Source of the DNA: an uncultured virus (IMG/VR IMGVR_UViG_3300044617_000992)
Lineage: Duplodnaviria > Heunggongvirae > Uroviricota > Caudoviricetes
Strand: one strand, 5' to 3'
Virus record (IMG/VR): IMGVR_UViG_3300044617_000992
Length of the DNA stretch: 64,000 bases
Part shown: positions 15,860 to 25,630 of the stretch, one piece after another
Numbering within the stretch: the first letter of the stretch is position 1
Layout of the letters: every line of letters begins with the position of its first letter
Notes under the pieces: model-generated
Told to the model about the DNA's origin: nothing
Seen by the model: the letters and a program-made list of their open reading frames with translations, nothing else
The model's database searches: none
Position numbers and translations under genes: made by a program

Positions 15860-17034
15860 GTAATAATTGAATATCTAGTTCCTTTTTGTACTGGCATTAC
15901 TTCATGAGGGTACATAAAGTTTGATGGGAACATAATCACAGATCCAACACCAGTTCTCATCATAATTTCTCTATTAAAGAAAGCAAATTCCCCACCTTCA
16001 TAATCTTCATTCAGTTGAATAGAACAAGATACTGATCTTTGTTCTGCTTTAAATGAATCTGTATGTTGGACATAGAATTGACCTTCTTGATATCTTAAAA
16101 GTTGATATCCTGTATCAATATCAATATTAAACAATGGGTGTTTTTCTCTATACAATTCCATTGCTTCTGCTATACATTTATGAATTCTCTCATCAATAGA
16201 TCTTCGAATTTCTTCATTTCTAGAAATACTGTTATGATCTGAAGTTAAAATTTGATCACAATTTCTGGAATCTCTATATTCAATTCCACCACCAACAAGA
16301 GCAGGAGACCATTCATTACAATGCCGATATTCCTCTAAAATTTCTTGACAAAAATGTTTAGGTAAAATATTATCAAACACATGGATATAATCTTCTAATT
16401 TAGTTCTTGATTGGTGAACTATCAATGTAGGAGTTGAGATTTTTTCTTCCTTTTTCTCAATAACTTGGTTCATTTTTTCATCCTCTTTGTTGTCATTTTC
16501 TTTCTGTTTATCAAAATAAGCATAAGAACAATCACCTCTACTTCTCACATAATGTAAAAATACTTGAGTATAATACTCTCCGTCATAAGTATCTCTCCAG
16601 TGATCTGCAATCTTTCCAAGATACATCATTGCATCTCCTGGATTTAGAGTTACAGATCTTTCTTCACCTGATGGAGTTTGAATAGAAATAGGCCAAGGTT
16701 TATCCCCATTCAGATGAAGAGTTAAAGATATTTCACAAGCATCTCTATCTCTATGTCTTTCTAGAACACTTCCATTGAAATAAACTCTAGAATAAACATA
16801 TGTAGGTAAAACTGTTTCTTCTAAAATTGAAGAAATTTCTTGAGTTTTTTCTGTTAATATCTCAAGAAATGAAATATAATTATAATCTGAATATGAATTA
16901 GGTGCTTGTGGATCACCAATTAGATTTTTATTTTTGCAATAATTTTTAAATTCTTCTGCAAGTTCTACTGCTCTATATGAAGAAATAAAATTGGGTATAA
17001 CAATGTAGTTATTCTGTAACAGTTTGGAATTCAT
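15847..17034 (-). CDS. tandem two-domain 2OG-Fe(II) oxygenase
   Basis: HRD...HWR...FLHYV domain plus HTD...YEGGEF...HEV...GTRYS domain. Confidence 0.85.
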   Translation of the reverse strand: MNSKLLQNNYIVIPNFISSYRAVELAEEFKNYCKNKNLIGDPQAPNSYSDYNYISFLEILTEKTQEISSILEETVLPTYVYSRVYFNGSVLERHRDRDACEISLTLHLNGDKPWPISIQTPSGEERSVTLNPGDAMMYLGKIADHWRDTYDGEYYTQVFLHYVRSRGDCSYAYFDKQKENDNKEDEKMNQVIEKKEEKISTPTLIVHQSRTKLEDYIHVFDNILPKHFCQEILEEYRHCNEWSPALVGGGIEYRDSRNCDQILTSDHNSISRNEEIRRSIDERIHKCIAEAMELYREKHPLFNIDIDTGYQLLRYQEGQFYVQHTDSFKAEQRSVSCSIQLNEDYEGGEFAFFNREIMMRTGVGSVIMFPSNFMYPHEVMPVQKGTRYSIITWLV

Positions 17035-17079
17035 TTTATTGAAAAATAATTAAAAGTATAACATATTTTGGTTTGAAAT

Positions 17080-17694
17080 TCAATCCTTGGAGGCAAGAAT
17101 TACATCTCTATAATAAACTGCAAAGGACTGAGCAGTAAATCCTGCTGGATGTGAATGCGGAGATTCTGTAATAGTGTGACTATGAGGTGAGGATATTGTA
17201 TGAGTATGGGGATTACCACTTAAAGTGTGGGAATGCTGTGCATTACCACCTGCTGCACCACCACCTGCAAGAGCAGTATTTCCTGCAGACCTAGGTGTTT
17301 GTGGAGTATTTGTACCTCTTTGTACTCCTGTATTGCCAGTATAATTATGGTTATGATTACCAGCAGCAGTAGTAGCTCCTGTAAATGTGACAGGAGGTGT
17401 AACAGTTGTAATACTTATATTTCCAGGTTCTGCAGTGATTTGATATCCAGTTTGAACTGCAGAAGTTCCTGGAGAAGATAAAGATCTAGATGGAGATAGA
17501 ACAGTAGAAAAACTAGATGATCCTCCAGTAGCTATTGTTCCATTGACTATTCTTAATGATTTATCATTATGAGTAGTACTTTTAGTCCAACTTGTAGGAG
17601 CAGAAGTACTTTCAAACAACATTACTGTTCCAGAGGCAATAAAATCTGGAATGTAAAGACAATTAGTTAGAGAAGATCCTTGAAGTATTGCCAT
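17080..17694 (-). CDS. His-rich tail fibre tip protein, paralog 3
   Basis: collar-like APTSWTK N-terminus, HxH motifs, C-terminal YRDVILASKD. Confidence 0.75.
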   Translation of the reverse strand: MAILQGSSLTNCLYIPDFIASGTVMLFESTSAPTSWTKSTTHNDKSLRIVNGTIATGGSSSFSTVLSPSRSLSSPGTSAVQTGYQITAEPGNISITTVTPPVTFTGATTAAGNHNHNYTGNTGVQRGTNTPQTPRSAGNTALAGGGAAGGNAQHSHTLSGNPHTHTISSPHSHTITESPHSHPAGFTAQSFAVYYRDVILASKD

Positions 17695-17699
17695 TTTTA

Positions 17700-18383
17700 T
17701 TAATTTTTGGTTGCAATGATGACATCCACATAAGTGATAGTAAAGTCATAACTTCCACTATAGGTATGACTATGATTTCCCTGTGCCCCTGGATTTGAAT
17801 TATGGCTATGAGCAGTTACTTGAATTTGGTGAGTGTGGGGGGATGCTAATGGATGACTATGAGCAGTTGCTCCGGAAGTTGTGCCACTAACAAGAGGACC
17901 TGGAGCACCAGAAGTAGTAACTAATGGGGCAGTTGTAGATACTTGGTTAGTTCCAGGTCCTGCTACTGGATTGTTATGGGTAGCTCCATGAATTGCTGTT
18001 TGGGGTCCGTCTACTGTTGCTGGTTGAGTGGCACCAGGAAATCCACTCATATCTGCTGTTACAGCAGGAGAAAATGAAACAGTTGCTTGAGTAATTTGAG
18101 TATCTATTATGGGGGATGATCCGGTAGTAAATGGTCCTACTGATCTACTTGTAAAAGTTTGAGTAAATGGTAAAGTGCCACCAGAAGATAAAGCAGTACC
18201 ATTAGCACCACCAATTACTCTTAATCCAGTATTATTAAAGGATGTGCTTTTGGTCCAATTTGTTGGAGCACTGGTTTGATGGAAAATCATGATAGATGGA
18301 TTTGCTGGAGTATCTCCAGATCCACCAAGAAAACTTGGTATTGAACTACAACCTGTTAAACTATCTACTGTTAATACTGCCAT
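17700..18383 (-). CDS. His-rich tail fibre tip protein, paralog 2
   Basis: APTNWTK, HSH/HTH motifs, YVDVIIATKN. Confidence 0.75.
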   Translation of the reverse strand: MAVLTVDSLTGCSSIPSFLGGSGDTPANPSIMIFHQTSAPTNWTKSTSFNNTGLRVIGGANGTALSSGGTLPFTQTFTSRSVGPFTTGSSPIIDTQITQATVSFSPAVTADMSGFPGATQPATVDGPQTAIHGATHNNPVAGPGTNQVSTTAPLVTTSGAPGPLVSGTTSGATAHSHPLASPHTHQIQVTAHSHNSNPGAQGNHSHTYSGSYDFTITYVDVIIATKN

Positions 18384-18385
18384 TA

Positions 18386-19015
18386 TTATGCATCCTTACT
18401 TGCTATAATCATGTCAACATAAGTTAAATTAAAATCAACACTTCCAAAGTTTCCTGTATGTCCGTGGTCCCCAGAAATTGTATGAGTATGAGGAGAATTT
18501 GCTGGAAATGGGTGTGTGTGCTGACTAACTACTGCGTGCCTGTGTTGACCTCCTCCAGCAGGTGATGGACCTGTAGATTGCCATTGAATCAGAACTCTAG
18601 CAGCATAGAGAACTCCAGTTCCTGGACCAAATGAAAGATTTCCTGGGTTCATGTTGCACACATGCTGATGTCCATTTATTTGTGATTCTTGTAATGCAGT
18701 AAGACCAGTTTGTGTTGCTGTAGCTGAAGATTGTGTCATTGTTACTGTTACAGTGGCAGGTTGAACAGAACATCCATCAGCTGCTTGTCCGATTGCACCA
18801 CCAAAAGGTCTAGTGGCAAAACATTGAGACCAAGTTATACTTCCTCCAGGAGAAGCAGAACCATTTACAACACGAAGAGATCCTTCATTTACAGTGGTAT
18901 CTTTAGTCCAACTGACGGGAGTAGTTGCCATTCTAAAAACCATCTTGGATCCAGATCCAATGAAAGATGGTATAGAAGTACATCCAGTAAGTGAAGTAGC
19001 ACCAAGAACTGCCAT
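18386..19015 (-). CDS. His-rich tail fibre tip protein, paralog 1
   Basis: PVSWTK, HQH/HRH/HTH/HGH motifs, YVDMIIASKD. Confidence 0.75.
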   Translation of the reverse strand: MAVLGATSLTGCTSIPSFIGSGSKMVFRMATTPVSWTKDTTVNEGSLRVVNGSASPGGSITWSQCFATRPFGGAIGQAADGCSVQPATVTVTMTQSSATATQTGLTALQESQINGHQHVCNMNPGNLSFGPGTGVLYAARVLIQWQSTGPSPAGGGQHRHAVVSQHTHPFPANSPHTHTISGDHGHTGNFGSVDFNLTYVDMIIASKDA

Positions 19016-19021
19016 AAAATA

Positions 19022-19228
19022 TCAATTCTCCAATAAAGTCTCTTCAGGAGTTTCTTCTACTTTATCATCCAAAGTAACTCCAAGTGAAGTTAGATATTCT
19101 ACAATTCCTTGAAGTTTAGTAAAATTTTCCTTTTTTATAGCAAGAGTTGAGTTCAGTTCATTAATTTCTGAAATCAAAGTCTTTTGCTGTTCAATGATAC
19201 TTTTTAAGTGATTTTGTTGTTCTGTCAT
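19022..19228 (-). CDS. small coiled-coil protein
   Basis: heptad pattern; follows fibre gene. Confidence 0.65.
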   Translation of the reverse strand: MTEQQNHLKSIIEQQKTLISEINELNSTLAIKKENFTKLQGIVEYLTSLGVTLDDKVEETPEETLLEN

Positions 19229-22200
19229 TTTTTCAATTCAATTAATTGATGTTCGAGATTATTTATTTGCTCTTGTTGCTCTTTAATTGCTTCAATTAAA
19301 ACTGCAACTAAGTTTGCATAAGCAACAGATTTGGTCCCATTGCTTTCTGAAACAACTTCAGGAATAATTTGTTCTACTTCTTGAGCAACTACACCAATAT
19401 GATGACCTTCTATATCTATACGATCATATTCAACACCACGAAGACTTAATACCTTTTCTAATGAATTAGTAAGAGTTTTGATATTTTTCTTCAGTTTTAT
19501 ATCAGAGGATGCTGTAAATGTACCTGCTGTTACCGCTGTTGATGTGCCAAAAGTAATGGCATTACTTCCAGTACATTCTATTCTTACATCAAAGTCTGTG
19601 GTTCCAGCAGCGGCACTATGAAAATCAATGTATCTCCCAATCTCCAGCACGCCTCCACCAGAGATGAGAGGTATCTTTGTCCACCAGTCTCCACTGGTTC
19701 CGCCTATCCCGGATCCATTGATTGCAGTAATTCCAGTGTATGCACCAGAGATCCGAGCATCAGGGACTGTTCCCGAGGTAAGATTGCTGGCATTAAGAGA
19801 TGTGAGGTAACTGCTGACGTTGCCGCTATGTAGCAACGTGCTCCATGCCTGCGTACCGCTTCCACTAGTGTTGCGGAAATACAATTCTTGCGTGTCAAAT
19901 CTCGACGCAATTTGTAGAGCGAAATAGTTGGAATTGTTGCTGTGCGTCGCCGATATTAGGTGGTGATATCCGCCACTATTGGTTGGCCAACCTTCGGCAG
20001 TTGTGCCGGTGCTCGTTTCGTAGAACCCGGTATCGATCCTAGTGGTGATATCATCCCTGGTGACTGCATCACCTACGAAGGTGGGCGTTGTAGTCGATGT
20101 GGATGTGGCAGCATTGCCGGTAATGTCGGAACTGATAGTGGCCGGGAGATAGGCATCTCCAATGGTGCCGGAGCTGATGTTGCTGGCGTTCAGAGAAGTA
20201 AGCGATGCACCACTGCCGGAGAAGGTGGTGGCGGAGACTAAACCAGTTTCGTCGAAGGCTACCTTTGACGTTCCCAGCCAAGTAAATCTCAGTACACCAT
20301 TTGGCCCCGTGCCATCCATGTCGTTGTAAATACGCCAGTCTGCGTTTGCAGATGTACTGCCGTTCCAGTACTTGCCCCTGAAATAGAGTGCCCCCGAATC
20401 CCTGGTCGTCGTTGTTGCATCAGCTGCAACATCATCTGCTGTGGTGATGTAAATAGCGCCGTAGTTGATCTGCTCAGTTGCGTTGAAGTAAGCAGCCCGC
20501 GCACCACCAGCGACCACCGTGAGCTTGTCTGCCGACTCCCACCACAGGCCGGTGTTGGTGTCACCAGATGATGCGACTCCAGGAGTTGTGATTGATCCGG
20601 ATGCGGCGAGCAGTGCCCCGGAGAATGTAGCAGCAGTAAGGGTTCCTGTAACGTCAGTCCCAGACGCACTTGTAGCCAGCTTTAGAGAATTGTTATGGTA
20701 TAAACTAACAGCCCCACCCCTCTGCATTACTATTCCATTGTGAAACGAATTCGAAGCATTATTAACAAGCCTAAAAGCAACCGCCGAAAGAGTTCCTGCG
20801 TCATTGTCTGTATAAAAGTCAACATACTTTGCTCCGGCGGTTGTGAAGTTTAATTCACCTCCGAGGCTGATGTCAGATGATGCCGATATCGTTGTGGCGC
20901 CGGACAATGCTCCAGTTACATTGCCACTTCCATTGAAACTTTGTCCCCAAATAGTTCTTGTGGTTTGCAAGGTAGTCGCTGTGGAAGCATTGCCAGATAA
21001 TGCACCGGACAATGTTCCAGTTACACTTAATGTCCCTGGAATAGATACTCCACTTTCACTCATACTCATAACTTCAGTCAATCCTACTGCCGCACCTGAA
21101 GTAGTACTATTTTTTAATCCAAATGAAAATCTTGCAGTAGAACTATCGACATCGCATACAATTCTTCCAGAGGAACCCGTTGTATCAGGAACTCCAGCAT
21201 AATGATTAAATGCTACATTAGCATTACCATAACCATCATTGGCCGATAATGCAATGCTTCCTGAGGTTCTTCCTGCTTCAATTACTCCTCCTGAAGTTCT
21301 AATAGATCCAGTGGCTGTATCGTTGGAGTTGTCAGATCTTAAAAAACTTGATCCATGAAGTCCGTCAAGTAAATCAGCATTTAAGTTAGTTACTACAGTA
21401 GTGGAAGAAACAGTTAATGGTGCTGTTCCTGTTGCTACTGTTGAGATTAAAGTATTTGCAGAGCAGGATCCTAAGGTTAGGGTTCCAGTTGGACTTAAAG
21501 TCATCCTCAAAGTTGGATTGGACGAAGATCCGTTAGATTTAGATGAATCTCCATAGAAGTAAATATTTCCATCTGGGGATAAATCTATCTGAGAGGCTCC
21601 AGTATTTCCACCAGCAGATAGTGAAGTCCACTGGTTACTAGAATTTCTATATCCATTAGAAACAAGTGTAGTTCGAAAACTTCCTGAGGTATAAAAAGCT
21701 CCCAAATCAACAATACCATAATATAAGGTAGTCCAAGAACTTGTGGGTCTACTTACATTTGCGCCACCACTCAATGTTAGAAAACCGGAAGCAGTATCAG
21801 CAGCATCAGTTCTTAAGAACTGAGAACTATCAAGACTATCAAGAGTATCAGCATTAGTTGTTGTTAAACCACCAGGACCTTGAATTCCTTGTCTTCCCTG
21901 GATACCTTGAGTACCTGTAGTTCCTTGAGTACCTGTAATTCCTTGAATTCCTTGGGAACCTGTAGTTCCTGTAGTTCCTGTAGTTCCTGTAGTTCCTTGA
22001 ATTCCTTGAGTACCTGTACCTGTAGTTCCTTGAATTCCTTGGGAACCTGTAGATCCTGTAGATCCTGTAGTTCCTGTAGATCCTGTAGTTCCTTGAATTC
22101 CTTGAGTACCTGTACCTGTAGTTCCTTGAACTCCTTGAGAACCTGTAGTTCCTGTAGATCCTGTAGTTCCTTGAATTCCCTGTCTTCCCTGAACTCCTTG

Positions 22201-22758
22201 AGAACCTGTAGTTCCTGTAGTTCCTGTAGTTCCTTGAATTCCTTGGGATCCCTGATCTCCAGTAATACCCTGAACTCCTTGAGAACCTGTAGTTCCTGTA
22301 GTTCCTGTAGTTCCTTGAATTCCCTGTCTTCCCTGAATTCCCTGTGGACCTTGAATTCCTTGAATACCCTGCAGTCCTTGAACACCTGAAGAACCAGAAA
22401 TCCAAGAAACTCCAGCACCTGTAGAAGTTAAAACGCTCCCATTAGATCCAATATTATTATTGGAATCGTAAATTCCACCAGTGATCCTTACATCACCTTG
22501 AACTGTAAGTTTTGTGGTTGGATCTGTTGTTCCTATTCCAACGTTTCCATTAGTAAAATAAGTATCATAACTATCGGTTCCAGTTCCAACCGACCAAGGG
22601 TTCACTACAAAAACTGTTGTACCTACACCAACATTTTTTGAAGCAAAGACTTTGCCATCATAAGTATTGATAGCTATTTCACCAAGAGGAACCTGCGTCT
22701 CATTGGGAATTTTGCCTGGTACAGAAGATCTTTTGAACTTAAGTTTTGGATCAGCCAT
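19225..22758 (-). CDS. collagen-like tail fibre with C-terminal S74 chaperone domain
   Basis: G-X-Q/G-T-T triplets; SDIKLKKNI...IGVVAQEVEQIIPEVV...LIEAIKEQQ; TATAAATA at 22809-22816. Confidence 0.85.
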   Translation of the reverse strand: MADPKLKFKRSSVPGKIPNETQVPLGEIAINTYDGKVFASKNVGVGTTVFVVNPWSVGTGTDSYDTYFTNGNVGIGTTDPTTKLTVQGDVRITGGIYDSNNNIGSNGSVLTSTGAGVSWISGSSGVQGLQGIQGIQGPQGIQGRQGIQGTTGTTGTTGSQGVQGITGDQGSQGIQGTTGTTGTTGSQGVQGRQGIQGTTGSTGTTGSQGVQGTTGTGTQGIQGTTGSTGTTGSTGSTGSQGIQGTTGTGTQGIQGTTGTTGTTGTTGSQGIQGITGTQGTTGTQGIQGRQGIQGPGGLTTTNADTLDSLDSSQFLRTDAADTASGFLTLSGGANVSRPTSSWTTLYYGIVDLGAFYTSGSFRTTLVSNGYRNSSNQWTSLSAGGNTGASQIDLSPDGNIYFYGDSSKSNGSSSNPTLRMTLSPTGTLTLGSCSANTLISTVATGTAPLTVSSTTVVTNLNADLLDGLHGSSFLRSDNSNDTATGSIRTSGGVIEAGRTSGSIALSANDGYGNANVAFNHYAGVPDTTGSSGRIVCDVDSSTARFSFGLKNSTTSGAAVGLTEVMSMSESGVSIPGTLSVTGTLSGALSGNASTATTLQTTRTIWGQSFNGSGNVTGALSGATTISASSDISLGGELNFTTAGAKYVDFYTDNDAGTLSAVAFRLVNNASNSFHNGIVMQRGGAVSLYHNNSLKLATSASGTDVTGTLTAATFSGALLAASGSITTPGVASSGDTNTGLWWESADKLTVVAGGARAAYFNATEQINYGAIYITTADDVAADATTTTRDSGALYFRGKYWNGSTSANADWRIYNDMDGTGPNGVLRFTWLGTSKVAFDETGLVSATTFSGSGASLTSLNASNISSGTIGDAYLPATISSDITGNAATSTSTTTPTFVGDAVTRDDITTRIDTGFYETSTGTTAEGWPTNSGGYHHLISATHSNNSNYFALQIASRFDTQELYFRNTSGSGTQAWSTLLHSGNVSSYLTSLNASNLTSGTVPDARISGAYTGITAINGSGIGGTSGDWWTKIPLISGGGVLEIGRYIDFHSAAAGTTDFDVRIECTGSNAITFGTSTAVTAGTFTASSDIKLKKNIKTLTNSLEKVLSLRGVEYDRIDIEGHHIGVVAQEVEQIIPEVVSESNGTKSVAYANLVAVLIEAIKEQQEQINNLEHQLIELKK
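21872..22387 (-). repeat. collagen-like Gly-X-Y 9-bp repeats
   Basis: CAAGGAATT / ACAGGAACT units. Confidence 0.9.
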
Positions 22759-22825
22759 TCAACCTCATGTCTGGTAAAAACCTTAGGTGTTGGTATATAC
22801 CAACATCTTATTTATAAGTATTATC

Positions 22826-23014
22826 TTATGCAAAATCCTCAGGTTTTTTTCTAGTAGTTTTTTGATTTTCCAACTTCTGTACTTTGGAAATTAATTCACC
22901 ATTGGTAGATGACAAAGAATTAATTTTTGCTTCATAGATAATCACTTGATTTATCAGTTCAGATACCTTTTTCTGATATGCTGCTAATATTGATTGATAA
23001 TCTATGTCATTCAT
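22826..23014 (-). CDS. small coiled-coil protein
   Basis: 62 aa, TGATG overlap with upstream fibre gene. Confidence 0.65.
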   Translation of the reverse strand: MNDIDYQSILAAYQKKVSELINQVIIYEAKINSLSSTNGELISKVQKLENQKTTRKKPEDFA

Positions 23015-24930
23015 CAGAAGGTTCCAGCATCCACTGTAATATTTTCAAGAAATCTTTCTGCGCCAGTACAAGAAATAACTTGTGAAGTTCCAGCACAATC
23101 AGTTACCCAAAGTGCTCCAATTTCAACAGCAGCATAAGCACTTGCTGTAAGAACATTATTTGTTTCGGAAACATCAGATGCAATTCCAATTCTTCCTGCA
23201 CTATCATCCCAATAAACTGCTGCTTTCTTAGCAGAGCCACTATACCAGTTTAACAGGACACCAATATCAAGATTGAGATCTGATGTTGGTGGAACTAATT
23301 GTCCTGAACCATTATCAACCAATCCAAGATCAATCAGAGGGTCTTGAACTTTTAATGTATCTGTATTGACTTCTGTTGCTGTTCCAAGAACAAATAGATC
23401 TCCACTTACAGTTAAATTGCTTGCAATTCCAACATTTCCTGTAGTATTGCTAATTGTGATGGAGGTTGTTCCATCTGCTGCCTTTACTGCACCAGTCTTG
23501 ATATTGGGGGCAGATAATGTATTTGTGTTAGGATTATACAGAAGTTCTGCATCAACACCTACAGTCTTACCAGTGCCAGATCCATCAGTAAAGGTTAAGT
23601 TATAATCTTGATTAGTTGCAATTCCAGTTGTATCAACAGTTATTGCTCTGGTTGCAGTTGTTGCAGTACCAATAACTGGTCCAGTAAGAGTACCATAGAA
23701 ATTAGTAGCACTAATTGAGGTATCAGACATTGTGATACCAGAACCAACAGCAAGACGAACTCCATTCGCCATTGTTGTGGTTCCAATTGCTAATCCATAG
23801 TTAAATGCAAATGCATCAGTAGAAAACCCAAGAGTTCCAGTTTGGAACCACATCAACTGCTTGTAAGTATCTGGAAGTGTGTTAATTCCAGAAGCAGCAA
23901 ATGAAGCTAGTGGACTTCCTACAGTAGATGCAATTGCTACACCTGCATGATTTGCAGTGTCCTCATTTGGGGATATTGCAGTTGTAAATCCAAGAATAAT
24001 GTCTTTGTTTTGAATATAAACATCTTCACCTTTTAATGTAACTGTGGTTCCTCCAATAGTTACATTTCCATTAACATGTAAATCTCCACCAACATGAACT
24101 GCTTTCTCAATTCCCACACCACCTTCAATAATTATTGCACCACTATCTTTGCTAGTGGAATCTGTGGTATCTGAAAATGTAGTAATTCCGGAAACATTTA
24201 AATTATCTAATTCAGTGTGTCCTGTTACATCTAATCCACCATTAGCATCAATTAGTCCAGTTACTGTTGCAATACCAGATAGACTTAAATGTCTTGCTGT
24301 GATATCCTCTCCAATAGAAGCACCACCACCAGTAATCTCAAGTCCACCAACATAAAGTTGATTATCAATATAAACATTACTTGTGGTAAATGTTGCTACT
24401 CCAACAAAAGTAGAAACCCCAGAAACATTTAAATTGGTAACTGAAATATCATTATCTAAATTAATAGTAATTGTGTTGTCAGTTACTGCAGTGTTTACAT
24501 TAGTTCCGCCAGTAAAGGTAATTGTTGAACCAGTGCTTACTGTATCTGGAGAACCAGAATCTGCTGCAATATTAAAATCACTCACTACAGCATCCCAAGA
24601 TAACTCACCAGTTGAATTAGTTTTCAGGAAGTAACCATTTGTGATAGTTCCTGGGAATGTATAAGTTATTGCTGCACCTACTGATGCTGGTGCTGCAAGA
24701 GTAATAAAATCTGAACCACTTGTTGATTCTACAAGATTAACACCACTTCCACTGGAAGCAGTCTCTTTTTTCCAATATCTATGAGAACCAACAAACTTAT
24801 TATTATTTGTTGTACTATCAATGCCTACATAAAAATCAAATGAATCTGTTGTAAAGGCTGGTTCACCTGCTTTAAGACCTGGCAGATTTGATAAAGCACC
24901 TCTTTTTACCTGTAAGACTGGTGCTGGCAT
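23014..24930 (-). CDS. tail fibre / virion structural protein
   Basis: LQVKRG...GEPAFTTD N-terminus, G/T/S-rich beta repeats, C-terminal DAGTF. Confidence 0.8.
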   Translation of the reverse strand: MPAPVLQVKRGALSNLPGLKAGEPAFTTDSFDFYVGIDSTTNNNKFVGSHRYWKKETASSGSGVNLVESTSGSDFITLAAPASVGAAITYTFPGTITNGYFLKTNSTGELSWDAVVSDFNIAADSGSPDTVSTGSTITFTGGTNVNTAVTDNTITINLDNDISVTNLNVSGVSTFVGVATFTTSNVYIDNQLYVGGLEITGGGASIGEDITARHLSLSGIATVTGLIDANGGLDVTGHTELDNLNVSGITTFSDTTDSTSKDSGAIIIEGGVGIEKAVHVGGDLHVNGNVTIGGTTVTLKGEDVYIQNKDIILGFTTAISPNEDTANHAGVAIASTVGSPLASFAASGINTLPDTYKQLMWFQTGTLGFSTDAFAFNYGLAIGTTTMANGVRLAVGSGITMSDTSISATNFYGTLTGPVIGTATTATRAITVDTTGIATNQDYNLTFTDGSGTGKTVGVDAELLYNPNTNTLSAPNIKTGAVKAADGTTSITISNTTGNVGIASNLTVSGDLFVLGTATEVNTDTLKVQDPLIDLGLVDNGSGQLVPPTSDLNLDIGVLLNWYSGSAKKAAVYWDDSAGRIGIASDVSETNNVLTASAYAAVEIGALWVTDCAGTSQVISCTGAERFLENITVDAGTF

Positions 24931-24956
24931 GATTTTCTGTTACTTTTTACTATTTA

Positions 24957-25283
24957 TTAAAAAGTACCTGCATCCAAATCAATCTTATCATCCAAATCAA
25001 CATCCAATCTTTCTAAGAATGTAGAAGCATACCCAACTAATCCAGGTTGTATGGTCTCTTCTCCTGCTGCATAATTTAAAACCTCATCAGGATTAACCAT
25101 TTTAAATTTTTGCTGAGAAGAATCATATACCATTACATATTTGTCATTGGTATTTGAATCATCAAAATCTACTAGATCCTGAATTCTCATAATTTCTGTT
25201 GTGGTTGGTTGTACTTCTTGAATAGAAGGAGTTGTGAATTCTATGGTATATTGAGATGAGACTAATTCTACTTCTATATCCAT
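24957..25283 (-). CDS. virion structural protein
   Basis: C-terminal LDAGTF shared with neighbouring fibre. Confidence 0.65.
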   Translation of the reverse strand: MDIEVELVSSQYTIEFTTPSIQEVQPTTTEIMRIQDLVDFDDSNTNDKYVMVYDSSQQKFKMVNPDEVLNYAAGEETIQPGLVGYASTFLERLDVDLDDKIDLDAGTF

Positions 25284-25609
25284 TAGGTTGCAGTTCCTTT
25301 TACTATTACTGTACCTTCTACTACCTTATTGGTGATCCCACTATTAGTAGATAAAACATCATAAACATATCTACCTGGAGGAATGGCATCAGTAATTGTA
25401 CTTGCCATTCCTATTGTAATAGTTCCAGTTGTTGTAGAAGCAATAGAAACTGTAAATGGATATGATGTTGTTGCCCCGTAATGCTTCTTTAGTTTAGATG
25501 AAAATGTATATCCAGAAAGATTCAATGCACCACCATCTAGTTTGATTTTCAGGGAAGTAGAAAATCTAGTTCCCTGGTCTATTGTTAGATTTACTACTGG
25601 TACTGCCAT
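25283..25609 (-). CDS. Ig-like virion structural protein
   Basis: NLTIDQG...GRYVYDV...VVEG; TATAAATA at 25623-25630. Confidence 0.7.
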   Translation of the reverse strand: MAVPVVNLTIDQGTRFSTSLKIKLDGGALNLSGYTFSSKLKKHYGATTSYPFTVSIASTTTGTITIGMASTITDAIPPGRYVYDVLSTNSGITNKVVEGTVIVKGTAT

Positions 25610-25630
25610 TTGGGTTTTTAGGTATTTATA

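Noticed and set aside
21854..22418. Alternative-frame ORFs (KEFKELQ.., RNSRNY.., SSLNSL..) here and at 26.6-28.9 kb
   Set aside because: Frame shadows of 9-bp collagen repeats that lack stop codons.
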